A DNA stretch of 64,000 nt from Patescibacteria group bacterium (GTDB lineage: Bacteria > Patescibacteriota > Patescibacteriia > Patescibacteriales > UBA12075): positions 156,565 to 220,564 of the forward strand of contig JAHILH010000001.1 of the NCBI GenBank assembly GCA_018897195.1, given 5' to 3'. The notes under the pieces were generated by a model. That model ran no database searches, had not been told where the DNA came from, and saw only the letters and a list, made by a program, of their open reading frames with translations. How positions within the stretch are numbered: the stretch's first letter is position 1; each line of letters opens with the position of its first letter. The translations under genes were made by a program, and so were the position numbers. Below, piece by piece: positions 17,370 through 25,597 of the stretch.

Positions 17370-17549
17370 ATGAAATTACAATTTAAAAAATACATCTTTT
17401 TAATTAATGACGTTACAAATTTACTTTTGGGCAAAGAAAGGGAGAATTTGGAGAGAGATTTCAAGAAGATGAAAATGGTAATAATTATTTTGGGAGTGCT
17501 TTTAGTAATTTCTGTTTTGCTAAACATCTATTTATTAATAATGATATAA
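17370..17549 (+). CDS. possible 59-aa tail-anchored membrane peptide (below the ORF-track cutoff)
   Basis: My translation: MKLQFKKYIFLINDVTNLLLGKERENLERDFKKMKMVIIILGVLLVISVLLNIYLLIMI. No Shine-Dalgarno. The only support is an open frame and a C-terminal TM. Confidence 0.25.
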   Translation: MKLQFKKYIFLINDVTNLLLGKERENLERDFKKMKMVIIILGVLLVISVLLNIYLLIMI

Positions 17550-17555
17550 AATAAT

Positions 17556-19016
17556 ATGGAATTTAGAACACGGTTTGCGCCGTCACCAACTGGGTATTTG
17601 CATTTGGGCAGTTTAAGAACTGTTCTTTTTGGATATTTAATGGCAAAGAGTGAGGGAGGGAAATTTTTCTTAAGAATTGAAGATACTGATCAAAAGCGAT
17701 CGGTCGAGGGAGCAATCGAGGGTTTGCTGGATATTTTAAACTGGGTAGGCTTAACTTTTGACGAAGGTCCGCATCTTGGTGGCGATTATGGTCCTTATGT
17801 ACAGACTGAGCGAATGGATATTTATAAAAAATATTTAGAGGAATTATTGGCGACTGGCAAGGCTTATTACTGTTTTTGTACATCAGAAAGATTGGATGCT
17901 ATGCGCGCTGAGCAACAGGCGAATAAATTACCGCCTCGCTATGATCGACATTGTCGTAATTTGAGCAAGGAAGATGTGGAGAAAAGGATTGCAGCCGGCG
18001 AGCCGTATGTAGTACGACACAAATTACCGTTGGACGGAGAGATTACCGTTCATGATGAATTGCGTGGCGATATTACGGTGCAGTTTAAGGAGGTGGAAGA
18101 TTATGTTTTGATTAAGTCTGACGGGATTCCTACTTATCAATTTGCGAGCGTGGTTGATGACCATACGATGAAGACTTCACATGTCCTACGTGCCGAAGAG
18201 TGGATTCCTAGTTTACCAAAAAATATACAACTATATAACGATTTTGGCTGGGAGCCACCAAAATTTGTCCACATGTCTTTGACCTTAAATAAGGACGGTG
18301 GCAAATTGAGCAAGCGCCAGGGCGATGTGGCCGTGGAGGATTATCGGGCGAAGGGTTATTTACAAGAAGCTCTGATAAATTTTAGCGCGCTTTTGGGATG
18401 GCATCCCAAGGATGATCAAGAGATTTTAACCTTGGACGAAATTATTTCAAAATTCAATTACAAAGATATGGGTGTAAAGGGCGCTATCTTTGATTTGGAT
18501 AAATTGGATTACTATAATGGTTACTATATCCGCCAAAAACCGATCGCGGAATTGGTAGAATTGTGTAAGCCGTTCTTGGCTGAGAATTTAAAATTAACAA
18601 ACAATTCTTATAAAAAAACCGATGAATTTTTAACCAAGGTGGTAAAGTCTGAACAGGAGAGATTGAAAAAATTAATTGAAATAGGGGAGTTGACGGAGTT
18701 TTTGTTTAAGGATGAGATTGAATATGATACTAATCTATTAGTTTGGAAAAAAACGACCTTGGAGGAGATGAAAGTCAATTTACAAAAGATTTATGATTTT
18801 TTGGAAAGAATTTCTGAGGAAAACTGGAATCGTGAATATTTAGATGCTAATGTTATTGAATATTTAAAGACTAATGATTTGAAAATAGGTGATCATCTTT
18901 GGCCAACGCGCGTGGCTTTGTCTGGCAAGCAGGCGAGTCCGGGGCCTTTTGAGATTGCGGACGTTTTAGGTAAGGTAGAGACTTTGGAGAGAATTAAGAG
19001 GGCGATAGGGAAATAA
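17556..19016 (+). CDS. gltX: glutamate--tRNA ligase
   Basis: HIGH-type motif PSPTGYLHLGSLRT and KMSKS-type motif KLSKRQ. 486 aa. Confidence 0.95.
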   Translation: MEFRTRFAPSPTGYLHLGSLRTVLFGYLMAKSEGGKFFLRIEDTDQKRSVEGAIEGLLDILNWVGLTFDEGPHLGGDYGPYVQTERMDIYKKYLEELLATGKAYYCFCTSERLDAMRAEQQANKLPPRYDRHCRNLSKEDVEKRIAAGEPYVVRHKLPLDGEITVHDELRGDITVQFKEVEDYVLIKSDGIPTYQFASVVDDHTMKTSHVLRAEEWIPSLPKNIQLYNDFGWEPPKFVHMSLTLNKDGGKLSKRQGDVAVEDYRAKGYLQEALINFSALLGWHPKDDQEILTLDEIISKFNYKDMGVKGAIFDLDKLDYYNGYYIRQKPIAELVELCKPFLAENLKLTNNSYKKTDEFLTKVVKSEQERLKKLIEIGELTEFLFKDEIEYDTNLLVWKKTTLEEMKVNLQKIYDFLERISEENWNREYLDANVIEYLKTNDLKIGDHLWPTRVALSGKQASPGPFEIADVLGKVETLERIKRAIGK

Positions 19017-19022
19017 AAAACC

Positions 19023-19090
19023 CCTCACCCTGTCCCCTTTATTATTAATCGGACGAGGATTACGTTAACCCTCTCCCGCCGGGGCGAGGG
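19023..19090 (+). repeat. GC-rich intergenic repeat, copy A
   Basis: cctcaccctgtcccctttattattaatcggacgaggattacgttaaccctctcc (19023-19076), followed by cgccggggcgaggg. The 54-nt core recurs at 63237-63290 with 5 mismatches. Confidence 0.6.
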
Positions 19091-19101
19091 AAAAAAACTG
19101 T

Positions 19102-19131
19102 AAAAAGGCTGATTTTATTCAGCCTTTTTTA
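19102..19131 (+). terminator. terminator after gltX
   Basis: AGGCTGA (19106-19112) pairs with TCAGCCT (19119-19125), followed by T6. Confidence 0.7.
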
Positions 19132-19159
19132 TTTTTCCAAAATGTGCTATAATATAGAT

Positions 19160-20392
19160 ATGAAAAAATTTATCTCGGGTACAATTTTAATCTCTTTATT
19201 TTTGGGTTTTATAATTAAGGCCCCAGGTTTTGTATTGGGACAATTGTCCTCGGAATCAATAAAAAGAGAGGTGGATCAGTTGAACAACGGCATTGGTGAT
19301 CAGAAAGATAAACTTAAAAAATTACAAAAAAAACAAGAAGAATATGCCGAGGCTATTAAAAAGGCACAGGCAGAAAAATCTTCTTTAAGCAGTCAATTAG
19401 CAATTTTAGACAATCGTTTAGCTAAGGCACAGCTTGATATTGAAATAATCGAATCAAAAATTAATGAGATGGAGCTGGAAATGCAGAAGACAAACATTGA
19501 GATTGACACCAAGAATAAAGAAATTGCTAAAGAAAAAGAGCATGTTGCCAATGTTTTTAAAATGATGCAAAAGAAGGATGGGGTAACCACCTTGGAGGTT
19601 TTACTATTAAATAATTCTCTGTCAGATTTTTTGAGCCAAGTTAAATATTTGGAAAATATTAATGAGGGGATTAGTGAGAGTATTAGTAATTTGCAAAAAT
19701 TAACAAGACAGTTGGAAAGACAAAAGGAAGATTTAACGCAAAAAAATGTAAAATTAACTGCCTTAAAAAATGAATTGACTGACAATAGAAATAAGGTAAC
19801 CGCAGAGGTTGAGAATAAATCCTTTGTCTTGGTACAGGTGGGTAATTCCGAAAATGAATTTCAAAGATTATTAGCGAAGTCAAAGAAAGAACAAGAAAAC
19901 GCCAACGCTGAAATTGCTAGCATGGAAAAATTAATGCGGGCAAAATTAGCGAAACTTGATGGCAAGAAGCTAGAAATGAATCCTAATGGCTTGGTTTGGC
20001 CAGTGCCAAGAAATACAATTACGGCTTATTTTCATGATCCTGATTATCCGTTTAGAAATATTTTTGAACATCCAGCTGTTGATATTCGTGCTGGACAGGG
20101 GACTCCCCTCAAGGCGGCCGCTTCTGGATATGTCGGTAGAGCCAAATATGGCGCCAAGGGCAGTTATGGCTATATCATGCTTATTCATGGCGATGGCTTA
20201 TCTACTGTTTATGGTCATGCATCCAGGATTACCGTACAAGAGGATGATTACGTTACACAAGGTCAAATTATTGGTTATAGTGGTGGTATGCCCGGTGCAG
20301 ATGGATCAGGCGGTTTAACCACTGGTGCGCATTTACATTTTGAAACTCGTTTAAACGGAATTCCAGTTGATCCATTGGGATATTTACGCTAA
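19160..20392 (+). CDS. M23 (LytM-type) peptidoglycan endopeptidase with long N-terminal coiled coil (EnvC-like layout, catalytic residues present)
   Basis: The signal/TM segment MKKFISGTILISLFLGFII starts at ATG 19160. The track start at 19142 overlaps the TGcTATAAT box. About 230 aa of coiled coil follow. HPAVD (HxxxD) and HLHFE (HxH) motifs are intact. Confidence 0.85.
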   Translation: MKKFISGTILISLFLGFIIKAPGFVLGQLSSESIKREVDQLNNGIGDQKDKLKKLQKKQEEYAEAIKKAQAEKSSLSSQLAILDNRLAKAQLDIEIIESKINEMELEMQKTNIEIDTKNKEIAKEKEHVANVFKMMQKKDGVTTLEVLLLNNSLSDFLSQVKYLENINEGISESISNLQKLTRQLERQKEDLTQKNVKLTALKNELTDNRNKVTAEVENKSFVLVQVGNSENEFQRLLAKSKKEQENANAEIASMEKLMRAKLAKLDGKKLEMNPNGLVWPVPRNTITAYFHDPDYPFRNIFEHPAVDIRAGQGTPLKAAASGYVGRAKYGAKGSYGYIMLIHGDGLSTVYGHASRITVQEDDYVTQGQIIGYSGGMPGADGSGGLTTGAHLHFETRLNGIPVDPLGYLR

Positions 20393-20404
20393 AGAAAAAT
20401 ACAC

Positions 20405-20436
20405 AAAAAACGTTCGCGGTTATGCGAACGTTTTTT
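20405..20436. terminator. bidirectional terminator between the M23 gene and the recombinase gene
   Basis: AACGTTCGC (20409-20417) pairs with GCGAACGTT (20424-20432). It is flanked by A-runs and T-runs. Confidence 0.7.
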
Positions 20437-21396
20437 TTATTTCTTTAAATCCTTACCACTGTGTAGTTTTTTGTGAATATCACGTAGTTGCTTATTGGTG
20501 ACATGAGTGTAGATTTGTGTGGTGGCAATATTGCGATGTCCCAAGAACTCTTGGACTATTCTTAGGTCAGCACCTTGCGAGAGTAGATCGGTGGCAAATG
20601 AGTGACGAAGGGTGTGTGGCGTAGCCATGATGGGGAGGCCGGAAATTTTGACGTATTTTTTAACAATATCTTCAACACTGCGAGTGGTCAAGCGCCTTGG
20701 GTTGTTAGTCTTGTCGATTCCTGGTTTGTAGTTGATAAAGAGAGCGTCGTCAAAATCATTTCGTTTATTTAAATATTTACGCAACCAATTAATTGTTCTC
20801 TCGGAGAAGTAAACTGTTCGGACCTTGCTGCCCTTGCCGACGACGGCAACTTCGAGTTCTTCGGTCGCGTCGTTGATTCGGAGTTGTTCTAGATTGAGAG
20901 AGGCAAGTTCAGCGACACGGAGACCAGTGGAGAAGAGGGTCTCTAGGATAGCTCGGTCACGTAGACCGATTATGGTTGTGACATCAGGTGTGAGCAAAAG
21001 TCTTTCTAGCTGGTCTAGTTTTAAAAATTTAATTTCTTTGTCTGACTTGTCCTTGGCGAGTTTGATTGAGCTTGGGGAAAGGGTAGCAATTTTTTTCTCA
21101 ACAAAAAAATCAAGCAAACTTCTGAGTGCGATAAGGTAATAATTCTGAGTAGTTTTTTTGAGAGATTTTTTGGTGCGGGGGTCAACAAAGCGGGAGAGGT
21201 AGACGCGGTATTTATAGACATGGTCAGTGGTTAACTGGCCAGGCTCGATTGTGTCCAAATCAACCTCGGCAAGCCACTTGAAGAACTTGGTTAAGAACCG
21301 GGAATAATTTTCTTGGGTCTTGGAAGAAAGACCTTTTTCGATCTCAATATAATCTAAATAGTCGGTAAGATATTTTGTAATTGGCTTATCAGTCAT
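20437..21396 (-). CDS. tyrosine recombinase, XerC/XerD family
   Basis: Motifs GLRVAELASL, HTLRHSFATDLL and LGHRNIATTQIYTHV supply the R..HxxR..Y catalytic set. An N-terminal SAM-like core-binding domain is present. Confidence 0.85.
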   Translation of the reverse strand: MTDKPITKYLTDYLDYIEIEKGLSSKTQENYSRFLTKFFKWLAEVDLDTIEPGQLTTDHVYKYRVYLSRFVDPRTKKSLKKTTQNYYLIALRSLLDFFVEKKIATLSPSSIKLAKDKSDKEIKFLKLDQLERLLLTPDVTTIIGLRDRAILETLFSTGLRVAELASLNLEQLRINDATEELEVAVVGKGSKVRTVYFSERTINWLRKYLNKRNDFDDALFINYKPGIDKTNNPRRLTTRSVEDIVKKYVKISGLPIMATPHTLRHSFATDLLSQGADLRIVQEFLGHRNIATTQIYTHVTNKQLRDIHKKLHSGKDLKK

Positions 21397-21756
21397 AGGG
21401 ATATATGAATGTTAACGGGGTAATTAGTTAAAACCCCAGGAAAAGTGATATATAGTACTTCGCATAATGTAGATTAAGCGAAGTATGGTCTGTATTAAAA
21501 CAAGGGGATTTGGCCCGTTTAGTTTAGGCTAAAGCGTATTCCCATCATACTTAGGTCTGGGAAAAAAAGAAGGGATATTTTGACGAATAACAAAAACAAT
21601 CCAATCACGGTCAAAACTGACACTAAAATTGTCAGATAAAAAAAGAATTTGAATGTTGCTTCTGCCATATATTTTTAAAAAAAATGTCAAAATATTGATT
21701 GCTGGTATTATTATCGATTTCCGCGTATTTGTCAACCTAAGGTGTCTACCTTGTGC

Positions 21757-22635
21757 TTACTTGTAATAAACGCTGTCGCCGACACTGACGTCGATGTATT
21801 GTCTAGATTTAAAATCGTCTTTAAATTTTTCGTTCTTGATGATAGCCAGCTTGTTTAATTGTTTCTTGATGTCTGTGGTAATAGAAAAATAAATTTCTGG
21901 ACCGTCAACTAGCTTGCTGTTAACCATATTGACGGCATCGCCAATGATAAACTCTTGAACCTTGAAATCTGGGTATTCCTTGTACTTATCAGCCAAGGCA
22001 AACATAAAATCGATATACTCGCCCCCTGGGGCTATTTTTTTGTTATTAACCTTGTTGGCGGATTTATTTTCGACGATGGGGAGGCCGGACTGATTGGCTG
22101 CGTCTTGGTTTGTTTCTGATATTATATAACCGCTACGATCAGTATTGTAATACTTCCCGTCCTCGAGCCAGATCAAAGCTTGCTTCTTTTCCACATAACT
22201 TATCTTCACGGTATGCAGACCGCTACGACTGATATTTAATTTATCAAATAAATACTTTGTTTCTATTTGATCCACTAACCCGCCTTTGCTGCAAAAAATT
22301 ATATTACTCCTGGGTGAAAATACAAATGACTTATAGTTAATCTCATCCAAGGCAATCTGCTGGATCTCGTTTTTATCAATTTGTCCGTCCCCTTCAATTA
22401 CAATATTTTGAATCTCAAAAGTTTTGGAATACAACAAAAACCACGTTAAAAATAAAACCAATGAAACGGTTGTCGTTGTTAGGACACGAACTTTCCAATC
22501 AAAATCTTTTTTAACTGCAGTTGCCCTACGTTCCGCAAAAAAAGGATTGGAATAATCCTTTGATGCATAAGAGCTACCTCCTTTTTTCTTAATTTTTGCC
22601 CTATTATTTTTGTTGTAAATTTTACTTTCGAGCAT
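21757..22635 (-). CDS. FtsQ/DivIB-like cell-division protein (TM + POTRA)
   Basis: GGAGG Shine-Dalgarno. One TM (VSLVLFLTWFLLY) is followed by a POTRA-like FEIQNIVIEGDGQIDKNEIQQI. Confidence 0.6.
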   Translation of the reverse strand: MLESKIYNKNNRAKIKKKGGSSYASKDYSNPFFAERRATAVKKDFDWKVRVLTTTTVSLVLFLTWFLLYSKTFEIQNIVIEGDGQIDKNEIQQIALDEINYKSFVFSPRSNIIFCSKGGLVDQIETKYLFDKLNISRSGLHTVKISYVEKKQALIWLEDGKYYNTDRSGYIISETNQDAANQSGLPIVENKSANKVNNKKIAPGGEYIDFMFALADKYKEYPDFKVQEFIIGDAVNMVNSKLVDGPEIYFSITTDIKKQLNKLAIIKNEKFKDDFKSRQYIDVSVGDSVYYK

Positions 22636-22671
22636 AGTCCTCCATTTATCAATTAAGGTTGAGAGACCTCC

Positions 22672-23946
22672 CTATTTCTTTTTAATTATTTCAAGATTGC
22701 CAGGAATATATTTGCGCAGTTTTTCGGGGATAATCACAGTGCCATCTGCTTGTTGGTAATTTTCCAAAATAGCAATTAGTGCACGAGTAATCGCAATCGC
22801 CGTGCCGTTAAGCATATGTACAAATTCACTTTTGCCTTCCTTGTTCTTGAATTTAATGTTAAGTCCCCTGGCTTGATAATCGGTACAATTGGACGTAGAT
22901 GTTATTTCTGCCCAATCACCCATTTCCCCGTTCTTATTTGGCTTTCCTGGCATCCAGGCTTCTAGGTCAAAGGTTCTAATAGCTGGGCCGCCTAAGTCAG
23001 CGGTGCAATGATCGACAACGCGAAAAGGAATATTTAAACCTTCAAAGATTTCACGTTCGATGCTTAATAATTCTTTATGCGCTGTCTCACCTTTATCAGG
23101 TGTGACATATTGGAACATTTCAATTTTGGTAAATTGATGCACGCGGAAAATGCCTTTGGAGAATTTGGAATAAGCACCCGCTTCGGTTCGGAAGCAATGA
23201 GAGACGGCTACATATTTTTTTGGTAAATTTTCTTCTTTAAAAAGTTCGTCCATGTGCATACCGCCCATGGTAATTTCGGCAGTACCGATTAAGCATAGGT
23301 CGCTATTTTCAATATTATAAACCTGAGTCGACTCACCTCTTGGATTGAATCCTAGTCCTTCAAGGACTTCTTTTTTGGCCAAATCAGGGGTTATAATTGG
23401 TGTAAAGCCGTGCTTAGTGACAACCTCAAGGGCGTATTGTATTAAGGCAAATTCCAAAAAAGCTAACTCGTTTTTTAAGTAATAAAATTTAGCACCACTA
23501 ACCTTGGTGGCTCTGTCGAAATCGATCAAATCTAATTGTTCGGCTAGCTCAACATGATCTTTGGGTGTGAAGGTAAATTTAGCAGCTTCGCCAAAATTAC
23601 CAACAACGGGATTGTCATCTTCATTATCACTGACGTGCACGTCTGGATGAGTCATGTTGGGTACGCGCATAAGCATCGTGCGCAATTCGTTTTCTAATGG
23701 CGTTTGTTTTTCTTCGAGCACTCTCACCTCTTCGCCAATTTTTTTCATTTCTTCTATTTGTTCCGGCGTTGGTTTTGTCTTAGAGCCAGTGTTGCGCTTT
23801 GATCTGAGCTCGTCAACAATTATTTGTAATTTTCTTTTTTCTTCGTCTAATTTTAATAACTGATTGATATCAATATCAACTAGTCTGTTTTGACAATTCT
23901 GTTGAACTTTCTCCTTGTTTTCACGAATGTATTTAATGTCTAACAT
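22672..23946 (-). CDS. serS: serine--tRNA ligase
   Basis: 424 aa. N-terminal coiled-coil arm and class II core (FRTEAGAYSKFSKGIFRVHQF, NGTAIA). Confidence 0.95.
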   Translation of the reverse strand: MLDIKYIRENKEKVQQNCQNRLVDIDINQLLKLDEEKRKLQIIVDELRSKRNTGSKTKPTPEQIEEMKKIGEEVRVLEEKQTPLENELRTMLMRVPNMTHPDVHVSDNEDDNPVVGNFGEAAKFTFTPKDHVELAEQLDLIDFDRATKVSGAKFYYLKNELAFLEFALIQYALEVVTKHGFTPIITPDLAKKEVLEGLGFNPRGESTQVYNIENSDLCLIGTAEITMGGMHMDELFKEENLPKKYVAVSHCFRTEAGAYSKFSKGIFRVHQFTKIEMFQYVTPDKGETAHKELLSIEREIFEGLNIPFRVVDHCTADLGGPAIRTFDLEAWMPGKPNKNGEMGDWAEITSTSNCTDYQARGLNIKFKNKEGKSEFVHMLNGTAIAITRALIAILENYQQADGTVIIPEKLRKYIPGNLEIIKKK

Positions 23947-23963
23947 ATATATAAAATTAATTA

Positions 23964-25427
23964 TTATTTATTTTTGGGTTTTATTAATGGGAATAAAGTT
24001 GCCTCACGCAAGGTTTTGTCACTAAGAGCGGCAAAGAGACGCTCACCAAAGCCGAAACCAAATGTTGGGGGCATGCCATGTTCAAGCATCTCAACAAAAT
24101 CCCAGTCAGGCATCATCGCCTCATCATCCCCTTCTTCCATAAGTTTTTGTTGTGCCTCAAAACGTTCGCGTTGGTCAATTGGATCATTCAACTCCGAGTA
24201 ACCGTTGCCGATTTCACTGCCACAGAGAATGATTTGGAATTTTTCTACTGTACCAGGAAATTCAACTGACTCCTTGGACAAAGGTGCGATCATCTTTGGG
24301 TGTCTAACCAAGAAGGCTGGTCCGGCAATCTGCTTGCGACAATACTTCCACAATGAATCGATTAATCTTTCTTTATTGCGTGCGTCGGATTTTACACCTA
24401 GCTCGGCCAGCTTTGCGAGCATTTCTTTTTCCGTAGTATTTAAAACATCGATTCCGGTCCTATTTAAAACCTCTTCGCGATAGTCAATCTCCTTCCACTC
24501 CCCTGCTAAATCAAATTCATAACCGCGTGATGAAAATTTAGTTTTACCAAATACCTTATTGGCGATTTCTAAATACAATTCTCTAGTCAATTTCATACCA
24601 TCTTTATAATCAGCATACGCCCAATAGAATTCCATATTCGTAAACTCTTGCAAATGATTAGGACTAGTGCCTTCGTTGCGATAAGCACGGCCGATTTCAA
24701 AAGTTTTTTCATAGCCGGCCGCCATTAATCTTTTTTGCCACAATTCGCCGATGGAAATACGCATATAAACATCGATATCAAAATCATTGTGATGTGTCCG
24801 AAAAGGATTGGCTTCGGCACCACCAGTTGTATTTTCAATCGTTGGTGTTTCTACTTCTAAGAATCCCTTGTCCTTCAAAAAATTTCTGGTTACCTCCCAA
24901 AATTTTGCACGTTGAATAAATAACTGAAAATGTTCATCGTTGGTTAAGAGATCAAGATATCTTTTGCGAATAATTTCTTCTTCATCTTTTAGACCATGAA
25001 ATTTTTCTGGCAATGGCAATAAGGCCTTGGTTAGTAATTTCCAGGACTTCACCATGACACTTTGTTCACCCTTATGAGTCAAAAAACATTCACCGGTAAT
25101 TTCCAAGAAGTCACCCATGTCAATTAATTTTACAAAGTCCTTATATGAATCAACGCCGATTTCATTCTTGGAAACAGCAATCTGAATTTGGTAACCGTTG
25201 TTTTTCAGGTTAGCAAAAGATAAGTTACCGTGAGAACGCTTACTCATCAAGCGACCAGCCAAAGAAATTGAAGTTTTGTCGGCTTCCAATTGTTCAAATA
25301 CAGTCAAAACATCCTCAACCCTGATTGTGGTTTTGGTACTAGCGGGATATGGATTTACACCCTTGCCCTTTAACTCCTCTAATTTTTTTAAGCGCTCATC
25401 ATGTTCGCTAACTTTACCTATTTCCAT
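23964..25427 (-). CDS. lysS: lysine--tRNA ligase, class II
   Basis: 487 aa. OB-fold N-domain and class II motifs (FLEVETP, FEIGRAYRNEG, GFGFGERL). Confidence 0.95.
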   Translation of the reverse strand: MEIGKVSEHDERLKKLEELKGKGVNPYPASTKTTIRVEDVLTVFEQLEADKTSISLAGRLMSKRSHGNLSFANLKNNGYQIQIAVSKNEIGVDSYKDFVKLIDMGDFLEITGECFLTHKGEQSVMVKSWKLLTKALLPLPEKFHGLKDEEEIIRKRYLDLLTNDEHFQLFIQRAKFWEVTRNFLKDKGFLEVETPTIENTTGGAEANPFRTHHNDFDIDVYMRISIGELWQKRLMAAGYEKTFEIGRAYRNEGTSPNHLQEFTNMEFYWAYADYKDGMKLTRELYLEIANKVFGKTKFSSRGYEFDLAGEWKEIDYREEVLNRTGIDVLNTTEKEMLAKLAELGVKSDARNKERLIDSLWKYCRKQIAGPAFLVRHPKMIAPLSKESVEFPGTVEKFQIILCGSEIGNGYSELNDPIDQRERFEAQQKLMEEGDDEAMMPDWDFVEMLEHGMPPTFGFGFGERLFAALSDKTLREATLFPLIKPKNK

Positions 25428-25542
25428 ATATTTTTATTTAATTTTGTTCATGAAAATAAGATGCTTAATTCGGCATCATTATTAATATAATATATAACAT
25501 TCGTGCAAAAATGTAAAGACCGAAAAAATTGCGCCAAAAATT

Positions 25543-25571
25543 AAAAAGAGGAATATTTAATTCCTCTTTTT
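25543..25571. terminator. terminator downstream of the SulP gene
   Basis: AGAGGAAT (25547-25554) pairs with ATTCCTCT (25560-25567). It is flanked by A5 and T5. Confidence 0.65.
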
Positions 25572-25597
25572 ACAACAATATTGTGAAAGTTTAAATT

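Noticed and set aside
17156-17527. 123-aa minus-strand ORF
   Set aside because: It overlaps the 3' end of the GT26-Nudix gene in antisense. Its translation is low-complexity Phe/Ile/Lys/Ser-rich, and it has no RBS.
20437-21396. Xer-type recombinase as the integrase of a mobile island
   Set aside because: It is flanked by housekeeping genes and ordinary terminators. I found no flanking direct repeats, tRNA target or cargo genes. Its size and motifs fit chromosomal XerC/D.
21529-21735. 68-aa minus-strand ORF in the 360-nt gap
   Set aside because: It has no RBS or promoter logic and its composition is driven by AT-rich DNA. The gap is kept as an unexplained non-coding region.
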